32,000 nucleotides of DNA from Nostoc punctiforme PCC 73102 (GTDB lineage Bacteria > Cyanobacteriota > Cyanobacteriia > Cyanobacteriales > Nostocaceae). A program made the position numbers and the translations under genes. The notes below the pieces were generated by a model. That model was not told where the DNA came from, did not search any database, and saw only the letters and a program-made list of their open reading frames with translations. Each line of letters starts with the position of its first letter. The stretch's first letter is position 1. Of the stretch, positions 15,488 through 23,001 are shown piece by piece. The stretch lies in the NCBI RefSeq assembly GCF_000020025.1, contig NC_010628.1, positions 8,202,323 to 8,234,322 on the forward strand. Reading direction: 5' to 3'.

Positions 15488-16616
15488 CTGAATTTACCCC
15501 TACATCATCTCTTTTAGGTTTTCTTTGTCCAACACGACCTTTTTTGAGTAGGGAATTTTTGGCTGGCATTTTTATTCCATGTTCTGTTGAATATTGCCGC
15601 TCAAAAAAACTGGATTCTTCTTGAAAGCGTTTAAATCCCTGTTGTGCTTCTTCCTTAATTTTGTTGATACGAGATGCAGAAAAAGCACCTAATTTAAGAT
15701 GTTTGCTATTAAGAGTCCGAGCTTCTTCAGAATAGGCAACTCTCAAAGAACGAGTTAACCAATTCTTCAATAGCCCCACACAACCAACTGAGCCAGAAAA
15801 AAGATACTCATAGTGTTGTTCTAATTTTGGTTCTTGTACAAGCGGAATGTGGCGTTGAAAAGTTCTAATTACTCTAATAAATTCAGCAATATCTTCTGGG
15901 TTATCAGCTTGGTAAGGTAACAGGTGAATATCTTCGCTACGCCGCCCTATTTGCCCATTCAAGGTAGGACAGTTAAGCAGTTCATAAGTTCCAAATAAAA
16001 TATGTACTGTACCAGTAAGATTAGCAATAGACTTAATCCAGTTCATTTGCTGTAACATCTGGTGTCCGCCTGCCATCATAAATAAATGCTGTGCCTCGTC
16101 TACAGTAAAAGCTTTTACCTGACGATAACGAAATGCTTTTTCCATTGCTCGGCGTAATGCGGGCGAATCTTGGCGGTAAGCCCGATTTAGCAACCCCAAA
16201 TCCTTTACCTCACCGTGAGGAATTTCATAATCAATTTTGTATTCAATCAAAACTTCCTGAAGGGATTCTAGGGCGCGAGTGTAATAATCTTTATAGCTAA
16301 ACTTTCCTTGTTCTGTTGGAATAGCTTCAATACCAGCAACAGCAATTTGACCAGGATTTTGGCGTAATGAGGGGAGAAATTCGTAATTTAGCAGATTTTC
16401 CAGACGCAAGCGTAAGGTTGTTTTTCCTACACCAGTCACACCAAAAACTAAAAATACTAAAGTGTCAGCTGGCTCCAGAATATTAATTAATAAAGTATCT
16501 AAGGCTTGTTTGAGCCTTTGATGTGGAATAGTGATACTTTTGAAATAATCAGTTTTAATTTCGTTCGGCTGTAAGAGAAGTTCTTCTGGAAAAGAGTGCG
16601 ACTGAATTTTTACCAT
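15477..16616 (-). CDS. tnsC: TnsC/TniB-like AAA+ ATPase of a Tn7-like transposon
   Basis: 379 aa. Walker A is FGVTGVGKTT and Walker B is FTVDEAQHL. GAGGAG lies upstream of the ATG. The gene sits between the transposase and tniQ, as in Tn7-like operons. Confidence 0.85.
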   Translation of the reverse strand: MVKIQSHSFPEELLLQPNEIKTDYFKSITIPHQRLKQALDTLLINILEPADTLVFLVFGVTGVGKTTLRLRLENLLNYEFLPSLRQNPGQIAVAGIEAIPTEQGKFSYKDYYTRALESLQEVLIEYKIDYEIPHGEVKDLGLLNRAYRQDSPALRRAMEKAFRYRQVKAFTVDEAQHLFMMAGGHQMLQQMNWIKSIANLTGTVHILFGTYELLNCPTLNGQIGRRSEDIHLLPYQADNPEDIAEFIRVIRTFQRHIPLVQEPKLEQHYEYLFSGSVGCVGLLKNWLTRSLRVAYSEEARTLNSKHLKLGAFSASRINKIKEEAQQGFKRFQEESSFFERQYSTEHGIKMPAKNSLLKKGRVGQRKPKRDDVGVNSDDD

Positions 16617-16784
16617 AGCTCCTCTGTATTGTAAGCTTCTATTTTGGTTAAATCTATTAATTTTTTTGCTGATGATTTTGGCTTTTTAATGCTTTCTGAA
16701 CCTGCCAAAATATTTTTATCTACATCTTGAACATTAGCTGAATAATTGTGTTTACTTAATTTACTTTCAATAACTGAGCTTTTT

Positions 16785-19220
16785 TCAATTAAAAGCCCAA
16801 ATATCTTGTTGTGCTAAATCATGTAAGCGTTGTAATAACAAAGTTTCTTGGGCTTCAGTTCCTTCTAAATATGTAGCTTTTTCTTGGGCAGATAGAGTAA
16901 TTCTTTGAGCGTGTTTCTGCCTTTTTCGACGTAATTGTGTGCTGGCTATGTTCACTTCTTTTTCGGAACGATTTTGGAAGGATTTGTAATGTTCAGAAAT
17001 ACAGCGTATCCAACGTCCCTTAACGTAAGCATAAGCAGTCCCCATATCAAAAGGGTCGTAACGAATAGGTACATTAGTTCCTTCAATTTCTGGTCTTATG
17101 AACGAATCATCAATTGACCAATAGTAGAGATAATTAATTTTCACGCCTCTACTTGGTTGAACTTTTGCAGTTCCTTTAGGTGTAGAAGGTAAGGTAAAAA
17201 TCTTAAAATTATCATCATAAATAATCTGTTTCTGAGGGCGATAACCACTTGAATTTAGCCCTGACATAAAAGTTTGACGTGGGCTTTGTCCTAATGTTGG
17301 ATGTTCTCTGCAATCATAGAATTCGTAACAATATGAACAAAAGTTTTCGTAGAGTTGATCTAGTGTCCAAACAGCTTGATTTTTGGGATTATTTGATTTC
17401 GTGACTTGGCGGACATTCTTAGTAATTTGAGTGTTGCCTCTAAGATTATAAAAAAACTCTGTATTTGTAGTTCCAAAAATACGTTCAATAATTGAACCAA
17501 ATCTGGCTTTCGCAGCTGGTCGCTGCTTTTTGGTACATTCAAAAGCCGCTAACAAGGTCTCAAAGTATGTACTACTAAATTCTGTCCCACCGTCAACAAC
17601 TATTGTCTCTGGTAATTTCTCAAATCGCTGTACGCAGATTCTTAATACCATCATGCAACTACGGTAGCTTGGCTCGTCAAAAGTTAGGTAAACTGCGAGA
17701 ATACGTCGGCTGTAAGCATCGATTAACAGAGTTGCCCAAGGTCTACCAAGAAGATAACCTGTTCGGGAGCATACTAACTCAATATCCAGTTGCGTATGGT
17801 CAATGTGTGCTATCTCAAATGGACGGTCGCCATGACATGGTGTGGTTAATTTCAACTCCCAATACAATAAAGATTGTTGATAAGCTGCTCTGTTTCCCTT
17901 ACGTTTTTTTGTTTGCCTATAACCAGAACGATGTTGAATTCTAGAACAAAATGTAGCGTAGCTAGGCAGCTTATCTGTTAGACCTGCTTTCTCCCATTCT
18001 CTTGCTAGAATTCCATAAACAGCTAGTTTGCTTCTTTGTTGAAAAGTTTCATAATATTCTTCAATTATTTTGTCAATGAAATCTTGAGACGATTGAGAAA
18101 TTCTGGGTAAGCGATTGCCTCTAGCATTAGAGTTATTTAGCAGCCCAATATAACCACATTTGTACGCCTTTTGTGCTGCTATAAACTTAGCCTTCCATCT
18201 GCGAATAGTACGTTGTGGAACAGTTTCTTTATCTCTATAACTGTCATTAAGATAAGGTTCAATTACTTCATATCTTCGGTTAGCTTCTGCCAAGTCTTCA
18301 GGACTAGCTCTCAAAAAACGCTCCATTGCTTTTGGAGACATTTTTACTTGATTATGAGTTTTAGGTTCCAGTTGATTGGGTTTAACATCTAAAATATTCA
18401 GAATCGTTCCATTATTCGGTTGCGATTTTATCATTTGTACATAAGCTACCGCGATTTCTTGGTCACGGAAAAGCTGTACTTTTTCTGGCTCTGCTAAGGG
18501 TGCGGCACTCAAATTAATGTAAATTTTTTTTGTAGCTATTAAAGCATTTATGTCATCAGGATTGCTCTGTTGAGTATGAATCATTTCCCAATAACTTATG
18601 CCCGGATTTAAGCTAATTAACTTCACCAAATTTTCAGCTATTTCTGGGTCAATTTGGTAATCTTCAGTAGTATAGGCTTTGAGAAATAGTCGATTTCTGT
18701 ATTTAATCCAATCAATTTCTGTATCTAACCGAATTCGGTAATACAGTCCTAATTTTTCTGCATAAGCAACTGCTGGCAGGTTTAACCACTGCCCATCTTC
18801 TGAACGCATATAACGTTGTGATTGTTTAGCTGCTAATTTTTCTAATCTTGATTCTGGTTTCCACTCTTCAAAACCTGCACTCCGCTTCCGAATTACGAAA
18901 AAGTCTGGTATATGCGAAGCTTTGATTATTTCCCCACTGCTTGAGGGGAATTCTAGAGTAATTTGATATGCTTGGTCGTAGTATTCGAGTACATCTGCGT
19001 CTTCTTCGTACTCCTCTACACCTGGCAATTCAATTTTATGGGACTCAAATTGAATAGTTTTTCCCATTTTGCGACTGGCGTAGTCGCCCCGGACATTTAT
19101 ACCACTGCTTTTGACTCGCCGAATTGGTTCAGAGGCACGGATTTGGGAAATTAATTGCCTAGCCTCTTGTGGTAAATTTACGCCGCGACACCAATCATTA
19201 AACTCTTGGTCGCTCAACAT
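16785..19220 (-). CDS. tnsAB: fused TnsA-like endonuclease / TnsB-like DDE transposase
   Basis: The track ORF runs to a GTG at 19262, but the ATG at 19220 (MLSDQEFNDW) is the more likely start. The N-terminal ~130 aa carry a TnsA-type E/D/K pattern (FESHKIELPG ... HIPDFFV ... FEEWKPES). The rest is a Mu/TnsB-type DDE core (HIDHTQLDI, LLIDAYSRR, VVDGGTEFSS, SIIERIFGT). Confidence 0.85.
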   Translation of the reverse strand: MLSDQEFNDWCRGVNLPQEARQLISQIRASEPIRRVKSSGINVRGDYASRKMGKTIQFESHKIELPGVEEYEEDADVLEYYDQAYQITLEFPSSSGEIIKASHIPDFFVIRKRSAGFEEWKPESRLEKLAAKQSQRYMRSEDGQWLNLPAVAYAEKLGLYYRIRLDTEIDWIKYRNRLFLKAYTTEDYQIDPEIAENLVKLISLNPGISYWEMIHTQQSNPDDINALIATKKIYINLSAAPLAEPEKVQLFRDQEIAVAYVQMIKSQPNNGTILNILDVKPNQLEPKTHNQVKMSPKAMERFLRASPEDLAEANRRYEVIEPYLNDSYRDKETVPQRTIRRWKAKFIAAQKAYKCGYIGLLNNSNARGNRLPRISQSSQDFIDKIIEEYYETFQQRSKLAVYGILAREWEKAGLTDKLPSYATFCSRIQHRSGYRQTKKRKGNRAAYQQSLLYWELKLTTPCHGDRPFEIAHIDHTQLDIELVCSRTGYLLGRPWATLLIDAYSRRILAVYLTFDEPSYRSCMMVLRICVQRFEKLPETIVVDGGTEFSSTYFETLLAAFECTKKQRPAAKARFGSIIERIFGTTNTEFFYNLRGNTQITKNVRQVTKSNNPKNQAVWTLDQLYENFCSYCYEFYDCREHPTLGQSPRQTFMSGLNSSGYRPQKQIIYDDNFKIFTLPSTPKGTAKVQPSRGVKINYLYYWSIDDSFIRPEIEGTNVPIRYDPFDMGTAYAYVKGRWIRCISEHYKSFQNRSEKEVNIASTQLRRKRQKHAQRITLSAQEKATYLEGTEAQETLLLQRLHDLAQQDIWAFN

Positions 19221-19330
19221 ATTGGCCCCCAAGCTTTTAAAGCCGCAACAAGCTCTTACCACAAATCTAGGCTTTCGCCAGTTAAACAGTCTTTTATTGA
19301 TATAAATATTTATACTTACCAGTTCAGATG

Positions 19331-19381
19331 ACTGCGGCCACTTTATGGTTTAAAAACGGCCACAATATCCTTTAAGTGACA
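19331..19381. repeat. transposon terminal inverted repeat, tRNA-proximal (tnsAB-side) end
   Basis: ACTGCGGCCACTTTATGGTTTAAAAACGGCCACAATATCCTTTAAGTGACA is the reverse complement of the 13816-13866 end apart from one mismatch. Confidence 0.85.
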
Positions 19382-19412
19382 CAAAAAGCTTTTTGGCATT
19401 TTCAATTTTTAG

Positions 19413-19788
19413 TGGGGGTGGAGGGACTTGAACCCACACGACCTATTACGGTCAACGGATTTTCATCCTCCCGCAGTTTTCACTGCTACCTGATGGCAAT
19501 AGCCAAATCAGATTTTGAGAATTGGACTCTCCCTTTACCCTCGACTTTACGTTAGGGTAGCTCCCGTCGGGTCTCTGCACCTTCCCTCAATTTTGGGTTT
19601 TGGATTTTAGATTGAAAACTAATCCCAAATCTAAAATCGCAAATCTAAAATTTTCGGGCTTGGCTCAGGATTGCCATGTCTGTCACCAGATTTAGGTTTC
19701 CCTGAGTTTGAGAGCTTCCACTTGAGGGATTTCTCCTTCAAGGCTCAGTTATCTAAGTCCGTAGCGTCTACCATTCCGCCACACCCCC
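19413..19788 (-). tRNA. trnL: tRNA-Leu(UAA) gene interrupted by a group I intron (5' exon 19755-19788, 3' exon 19413-19463)
   Basis: On the minus strand, GGGGGTGTGGCGGAATGGTAGACGCTACGGACTT is followed by the intron and then AAAATCCGTTGACCGTAATAGGTCGTGTGGGTTCAAGTCCCTCCACCCCCA. The joined exons give the anticodon loop CUUAAAA (anticodon UAA), a long variable arm, a GGGGGUG/CACCCCC acceptor stem and a TTCAAGT T-loop. CCA is not encoded. The T-stem shows one U-U mismatch (GTGGG/CCCTC). Confidence 0.9.
19464..19754 (-). ncRNA. group I (IC3-type) self-splicing intron of tRNA-Leu(UAA)
   Basis: The intron lies between U34 and A35 of the anticodon. It contains the conserved blocks of the Anabaena-type intron: GAGCCTTGAAGGAGAAATCCCTCAAGTGGAAGCTCTCAAACTCAGGGAAACCTAAATCT, GGCAATCCTGAGCCAAGCC, GGAAGGTGCAGAGACCCGACGGGAGCTACCCTAACG, GAGGGTAAAGGGAGAGTCCAATTCTCAAA, and a terminal ...GGAGGATG (omega-G). 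Confidence 0.9.
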
Positions 19789-20157
19789 GCAGGTGTTCAG
19801 TAATTAACTAGTATAAATCTAGTTATTTTTTGGAGGCAGCAAATACCGCCTTATCTATTCCACCATCAATTGTGTCTTTTGTCCAACTAGATTGAAAATA
19901 TTTTTTCTAGATTGTGCGATCGCTTCCCAAATCGGAAGTTCTATTCGTAATCAACCTAGATTAGTTTTCCACCTTGTGTGACTAAAGCATTTGTTTGCTA
20001 GTAGATTTACGATAATAGCATAAAATTAGCTTTTATCAATCAATCTGGATAAAAAAAGGAATTATGGCGTAGTGATATTGAAAGCATCATGATTATACTT
20101 CCCTCAGTTTGGCTGTTCAGCCTATGATGGAAAACAGATGCTTAGACCAAAAAAGTT

Positions 20158-20370
20158 ATGATTGTCGCCCTGCTATATCTGATTTTGGCTGGAGCTTACC
20201 TTCTGGTAATCCCCATTGCTGTATTGTTCTACCTGAAGCAGCGTTGGTATGTAGCTAGCTCCATCGAGCGTTTGTTGATGTACTTTTTGGTGTTTTTCTT
20301 TTTTCCGGGTTTGTTGGTTCTATCGCCGTTTGCAAATTTCCGACCCCAACGGCGACAAGTTCAAGTTTAA
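20158..20370 (+). CDS. ndhL: NAD(P)H-quinone oxidoreductase (NDH-1) subunit L
   Basis: 70 aa, two-TM protein. The motifs [42 protein letters not shown] match the cyanobacterial NdhL signature (by recall). Confidence 0.8.
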   Translation: MIVALLYLILAGAYLLVIPIAVLFYLKQRWYVASSIERLLMYFLVFFFFPGLLVLSPFANFRPQRRQVQV

Positions 20371-20395
20371 CGAGAATTGGTAGGTCATAACTCTC

Positions 20396-20707
20396 ATGCG
20401 ACGGATTGACGCTATTGGAATTGGCTTAGGTGTTTTTATTGCCGGCGGCTTGGCTTATGTAATATTGCAGCTAGTCGGTTTGGATACTCAGAAAGCTGGT
20501 ATATGGAGCCAAGTCTTACTAGTCAGTGGGTTAATTGGCTGGTTAGCGACCTATTTTTTCCGTGCGGTGGGACAAAAAATGACCTACCACCAACAACGGG
20601 AACAATATGAGCAAGACTTTCTGCAAAAGCGGCTAGATGAGCTTACTCCAGAAGAGTTAGCACGAATTCAAGCTGAAATTGAACAAGAAGAGCAATCTCA
20701 GGTGTAA
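20396..20707 (+). CDS. small membrane protein, DUF3007-like
   Basis: 103 aa with two N-terminal TM helices and a charged helical tail. The position (ndhL - this gene - trpA) and sequence style fit the cyanobacterial DUF3007 family. Family assignment is by recall only. Confidence 0.6.
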   Translation: MRRIDAIGIGLGVFIAGGLAYVILQLVGLDTQKAGIWSQVLLVSGLIGWLATYFFRAVGQKMTYHQQREQYEQDFLQKRLDELTPEELARIQAEIEQEEQSQV

Positions 20708-20743
20708 AGTTATCATTGGTCAGTTATCGTTTGTCCTTTGTTA

Positions 20744-21076
20744 GGGACTTCCAACAAATAAATTATCCAATTTTGTGGGGTGGGCAACATGAGCGCCCAG
20801 TTAAAGAGGGCGCCTATATTGACATTGGTGATAACTTAACGTGAAACCTTTGTCAAGACCTGATATTGAGTTCATTCACTGACCATCACTCAATGCCTTA
20901 CCCCACCCTAACCCTCCCCTTGTAAATGGGAGGGAACTGGATTTTTTCCCCCCTTTACAAGGGGGGATTAAGGGGGGTAAAACGCCTGTGGATAAGCGTT
21001 TGAGCTTAACTTCAAACCAATGGCAAGATGCCCACCCCACAGAAAATAGTTGAGTATTTTTATTTGGAAGTCCTTT
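20744..21076. mobile_element. MITE-like non-autonomous element (~330 bp) with ~45 bp imperfect terminal inverted repeats
   Basis: The left end GGGACTTCCAACAAATAAATTATCCAATTTTGTGGGGTGGGCA matches the reverse complement of the right end TGCCCACCCCACAGAAAATAGTTGAGTATTTTTATTTGGAAGTCCTT. The interior carries C6/G6 hairpins (CCCCCCTTTACAAGGGGGG, CCCTCCCCTTGTAAATGGGAGGG). Confidence 0.7.
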
Positions 21077-21092
21077 CGTTACGAATTACCAA

Positions 21093-21141
21093 CGACTAAT
21101 GACCAATGACCAATGACTAATGACTAATAACTAATGACTGC
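21093..21141. repeat. STRR heptamer array (TGACCAA/TGACTAA, STRR2-type) running into the trpA start codon
   Basis: The array reads CGACTAA TGACCAA TGACCAA TGACTAA TGACTAA TAACTAA TGACTGC. The trpA ATG at 21134 lies inside it. Confidence 0.9.
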
Positions 21142-21952
21142 AATTTCTGATTGCTTTGAAACCCTTGGGCACAATCATGAGTGCGCTCTGATTCCGTTTA
21201 TTACTGCTGGCGATCCAGATTTAGAAACAACAGCAAAAGCGTTGCAGGTTCTAGATCAAAGTGGAGCCGATATTATTGAACTGGGCATACCTTATTCCGA
21301 TCCTCTAGCTGATGGGCCAGTCATTCAAGCTGCTGCTACCCGCGCTCTACAAAGGGGCACAAAATTGGAGCATGTACTGGAAATGTTGCAAGGGATTACT
21401 CCCAAATTGCGATCGCCCATTGTTCTATTTACTTATTACAACCCAATTTTGCATCGGGGAATTGATAAATTTCTCCAGGAAATAGCTGCGGCTGGGGTAG
21501 CAGGATTAGTAGTGCCAGATTTGCCCTTGGAAGAAGCAGCAGGCTTGCTCGAACCAGCTAAGGAGATGGGAATTGATGTAATTTTGTTGGTCGCTCCCAC
21601 CAGTGATGCTAAACGGATAGAAGCGATCGCTCATTCTTCTCAAGGATTTATTTATTTAGTCAGCGTCACTGGGGTTACAGGAGTGCGATCGCAACTGGAA
21701 AGCCGCGTGTCCGATTTACTCAAACAAATTCGTGGTGTTACTGAGAAACCCATCGGTGTAGGCTTTGGCATCTCCGATGCGGCACAAGCCCGTCAGGTAA
21801 AGGAATGGGGCGCAGATGCGGCGATCGTGGGTAGCGCTGTTGTCAAACGGTTGGCAGAAGGCACACCAGAGCAAGGACTTTCGGCGATCGCCCAATTGTG
21901 CCAAAGTCTCAAAGCAGCCATCAAAACCAGCACAAATACTCCTCTTGATTAG
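21134..21952 (+). CDS. trpA: tryptophan synthase alpha chain
   Basis: 272 aa. The motifs [34 protein letters not shown] and GFGIS are canonical for TrpA. Confidence 0.95.
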   Translation: MTAISDCFETLGHNHECALIPFITAGDPDLETTAKALQVLDQSGADIIELGIPYSDPLADGPVIQAAATRALQRGTKLEHVLEMLQGITPKLRSPIVLFTYYNPILHRGIDKFLQEIAAAGVAGLVVPDLPLEEAAGLLEPAKEMGIDVILLVAPTSDAKRIEAIAHSSQGFIYLVSVTGVTGVRSQLESRVSDLLKQIRGVTEKPIGVGFGISDAAQARQVKEWGADAAIVGSAVVKRLAEGTPEQGLSAIAQLCQSLKAAIKTSTNTPLD

Positions 21953-22193
21953 AACGGAAAAGTAGATTAAAAAGTATAACAGCGTAGTTTTTCTATCCTT
22001 GTTTGGTAGACAATTTGACCATTATGGTTTTGAATATTAACATCAGATATCATGATGTAAAAAAACTAGCTGATACGGTCGCTTATAGTTTGAGTATTAT
22101 GTGAAATCAAGTAGGCATAATTTATGAGTGTGAGTGTGAGAGTGAGTCAGTCACAAATGATTATAGTTACGTCGCAATTGAGGAGCAAAGGCG

Positions 22194-22856
22194 ATGAGTG
22201 AGAGTATGGCGTTTATCGGCGGGGTCGCCGTAGCTGGGCTGGCGGCTCTCGTATTGCTCAAAGGAACAAATACCCCCCTACAACCTAATTTTGCTGTTGC
22301 TCCGCAAATGCCAGGGACTGTAGTAGCTCCGGGAATACAGCCACAAATGTATCCTTACGGCCCTTATGGGCAACCAATGTATCCCAATCCTAATCAGCCA
22401 CCAACCGCTACCAGTGCTGACCAACGTCTGGAGATGGAAAAGCTGAATGCGCAGATGCAGCTGGAGCGTTTAAAGAACGACAATGAACAGTTGAAGTTGC
22501 AAAATCAACAACTCCAAGGACAAGTTCAAAATTTCAATACTCAGCAGCAGTGGCAACAAGCCCAGCAGTATAACCAACAAAAAGTAGCAGCACTCCAGCC
22601 GCAAACCTCTTGGTGGTCTTCACCCATGCTTTGGGCTGTGGGAGGCGCAACTCTGACTATTGGTGGTGGTGTTGTCGTTGCTGGTGTATTGGCTTTGTTC
22701 TCACCACGGCAACGTCCAGCCCGTACAGTACAAGTGATTCACCCCTACCAAGGAAATACGCCGCCCTTGGTTCCAGTTCGTCGCGCTGAGTTTTTGCCGG
22801 CTTCGCGGATGGAAGCAAGACGAGTTGAAGCCCCAGAATACGACGAAATGCATTAA
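22194..22856 (+). CDS. hypothetical membrane protein with a Q-rich coiled-coil segment
   Basis: 220 aa. GAGGAG lies 8 nt upstream of the ATG. There are two hydrophobic segments (AFIGGVAVAGLAALVLL, WAVGGATLTIGGGVVVAGVLALF). Between them lie a P/Q-rich stretch and a coiled-coil stretch (QLERLKNDNEQLKLQNQQLQGQVQ). Confidence 0.65.
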   Translation: MSESMAFIGGVAVAGLAALVLLKGTNTPLQPNFAVAPQMPGTVVAPGIQPQMYPYGPYGQPMYPNPNQPPTATSADQRLEMEKLNAQMQLERLKNDNEQLKLQNQQLQGQVQNFNTQQQWQQAQQYNQQKVAALQPQTSWWSSPMLWAVGGATLTIGGGVVVAGVLALFSPRQRPARTVQVIHPYQGNTPPLVPVRRAEFLPASRMEARRVEAPEYDEMH

Positions 22857-22898
22857 TCGGGAAAATCAAACTAGAGATAAACCCGATTTAAAATCTCG

Positions 22899-22927
22899 TT
22901 TCCAGGTATAACCTGGAAATTTTTTTA
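22899..22927 (+). terminator. rho-independent terminator
   Basis: TTTCCAGG-TATAA-CCTGGAAA is followed by a T7 run, ~40 nt after the stop at 22856. Confidence 0.8.
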
Positions 22928-23001
22928 TGGAGCTGCTTCTGCGAATTTAAGAGGCAGAGTCTATTTGAAAGTATTGCCAAGAATATAAACACTCGTAACT
23001 G

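Larger units (their letters stand above)
13816..19381 (-). mobile_element. Tn7-like transposon, minimal (tnsAB-tnsC-tniQ only, no cargo), inserted downstream of tRNA-Leu(UAA)
   Basis: The termini are 5'-TGTCAC...GTGACA-3'. Bases 13816-13866 and the reverse complement of 19331-19381 are identical apart from one mismatch, with identity ending just inside that stretch. The three transposition genes fill almost the whole interval. Confidence 0.88.

Noticed and set aside
16617-16784. The 168 bp gap between tnsAB and tnsC, checked for a hidden small gene or an upstream extension of tnsC
   Set aside because: The tnsC frame has an in-frame TAA at 16686-16688 and no start codon between it and the ATG at 16616. 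Only trivial ORFs occur in other frames.
13816-19381. The Tn7-like element beside a tRNA gene, considered as a CRISPR-associated transposon (type V-K or I-B CAST)
   Set aside because: The inverted repeats bound only tnsAB, tnsC and tniQ. There is no cas12k or Cascade gene, no tracrRNA-like region and no repeat-spacer array inside the element or elsewhere in the window. The TniQ is the long TnsD-like form rather than the short V-K form.
19382-19412. The palindrome CAAAAAGCTTTTTG between the transposon end and the tRNA, considered as a tRNA terminator hairpin
   Set aside because: It is a loop-less A/T palindrome that cannot form a stable hairpin. It is more likely ordinary att-site spacer sequence.
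19413-19788. A structured RNA ending in GGGTTCAAGTCCCTCCACCCCCA, first suspected to be tmRNA (ssrA)
   Set aside because: The 5' end is a normal tRNA-Leu D-arm and anticodon stem. The interior matches the conserved cores of the cyanobacterial trnL(UAA) group I intron. There is no tag-peptide reading frame or tmRNA pseudoknot pattern.
19810-19815. A TATACT -10-like hexamer upstream of tRNA-Leu (minus strand), considered as its promoter
   Set aside because: There is no convincing -35 element at 17 bp spacing, and A/T-rich hexamers are frequent here. It is not supportable without TSS data.
22121-22170. The GTGAGT-rich stretch (GTGAGTGTGAGTGTGAGAGTGAGTCAGTCAC) upstream of the 220 aa membrane protein gene
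   Set aside because: It is a short, imperfect low-complexity run with no clear periodic array or inverted partner, so it is not reported as a feature.
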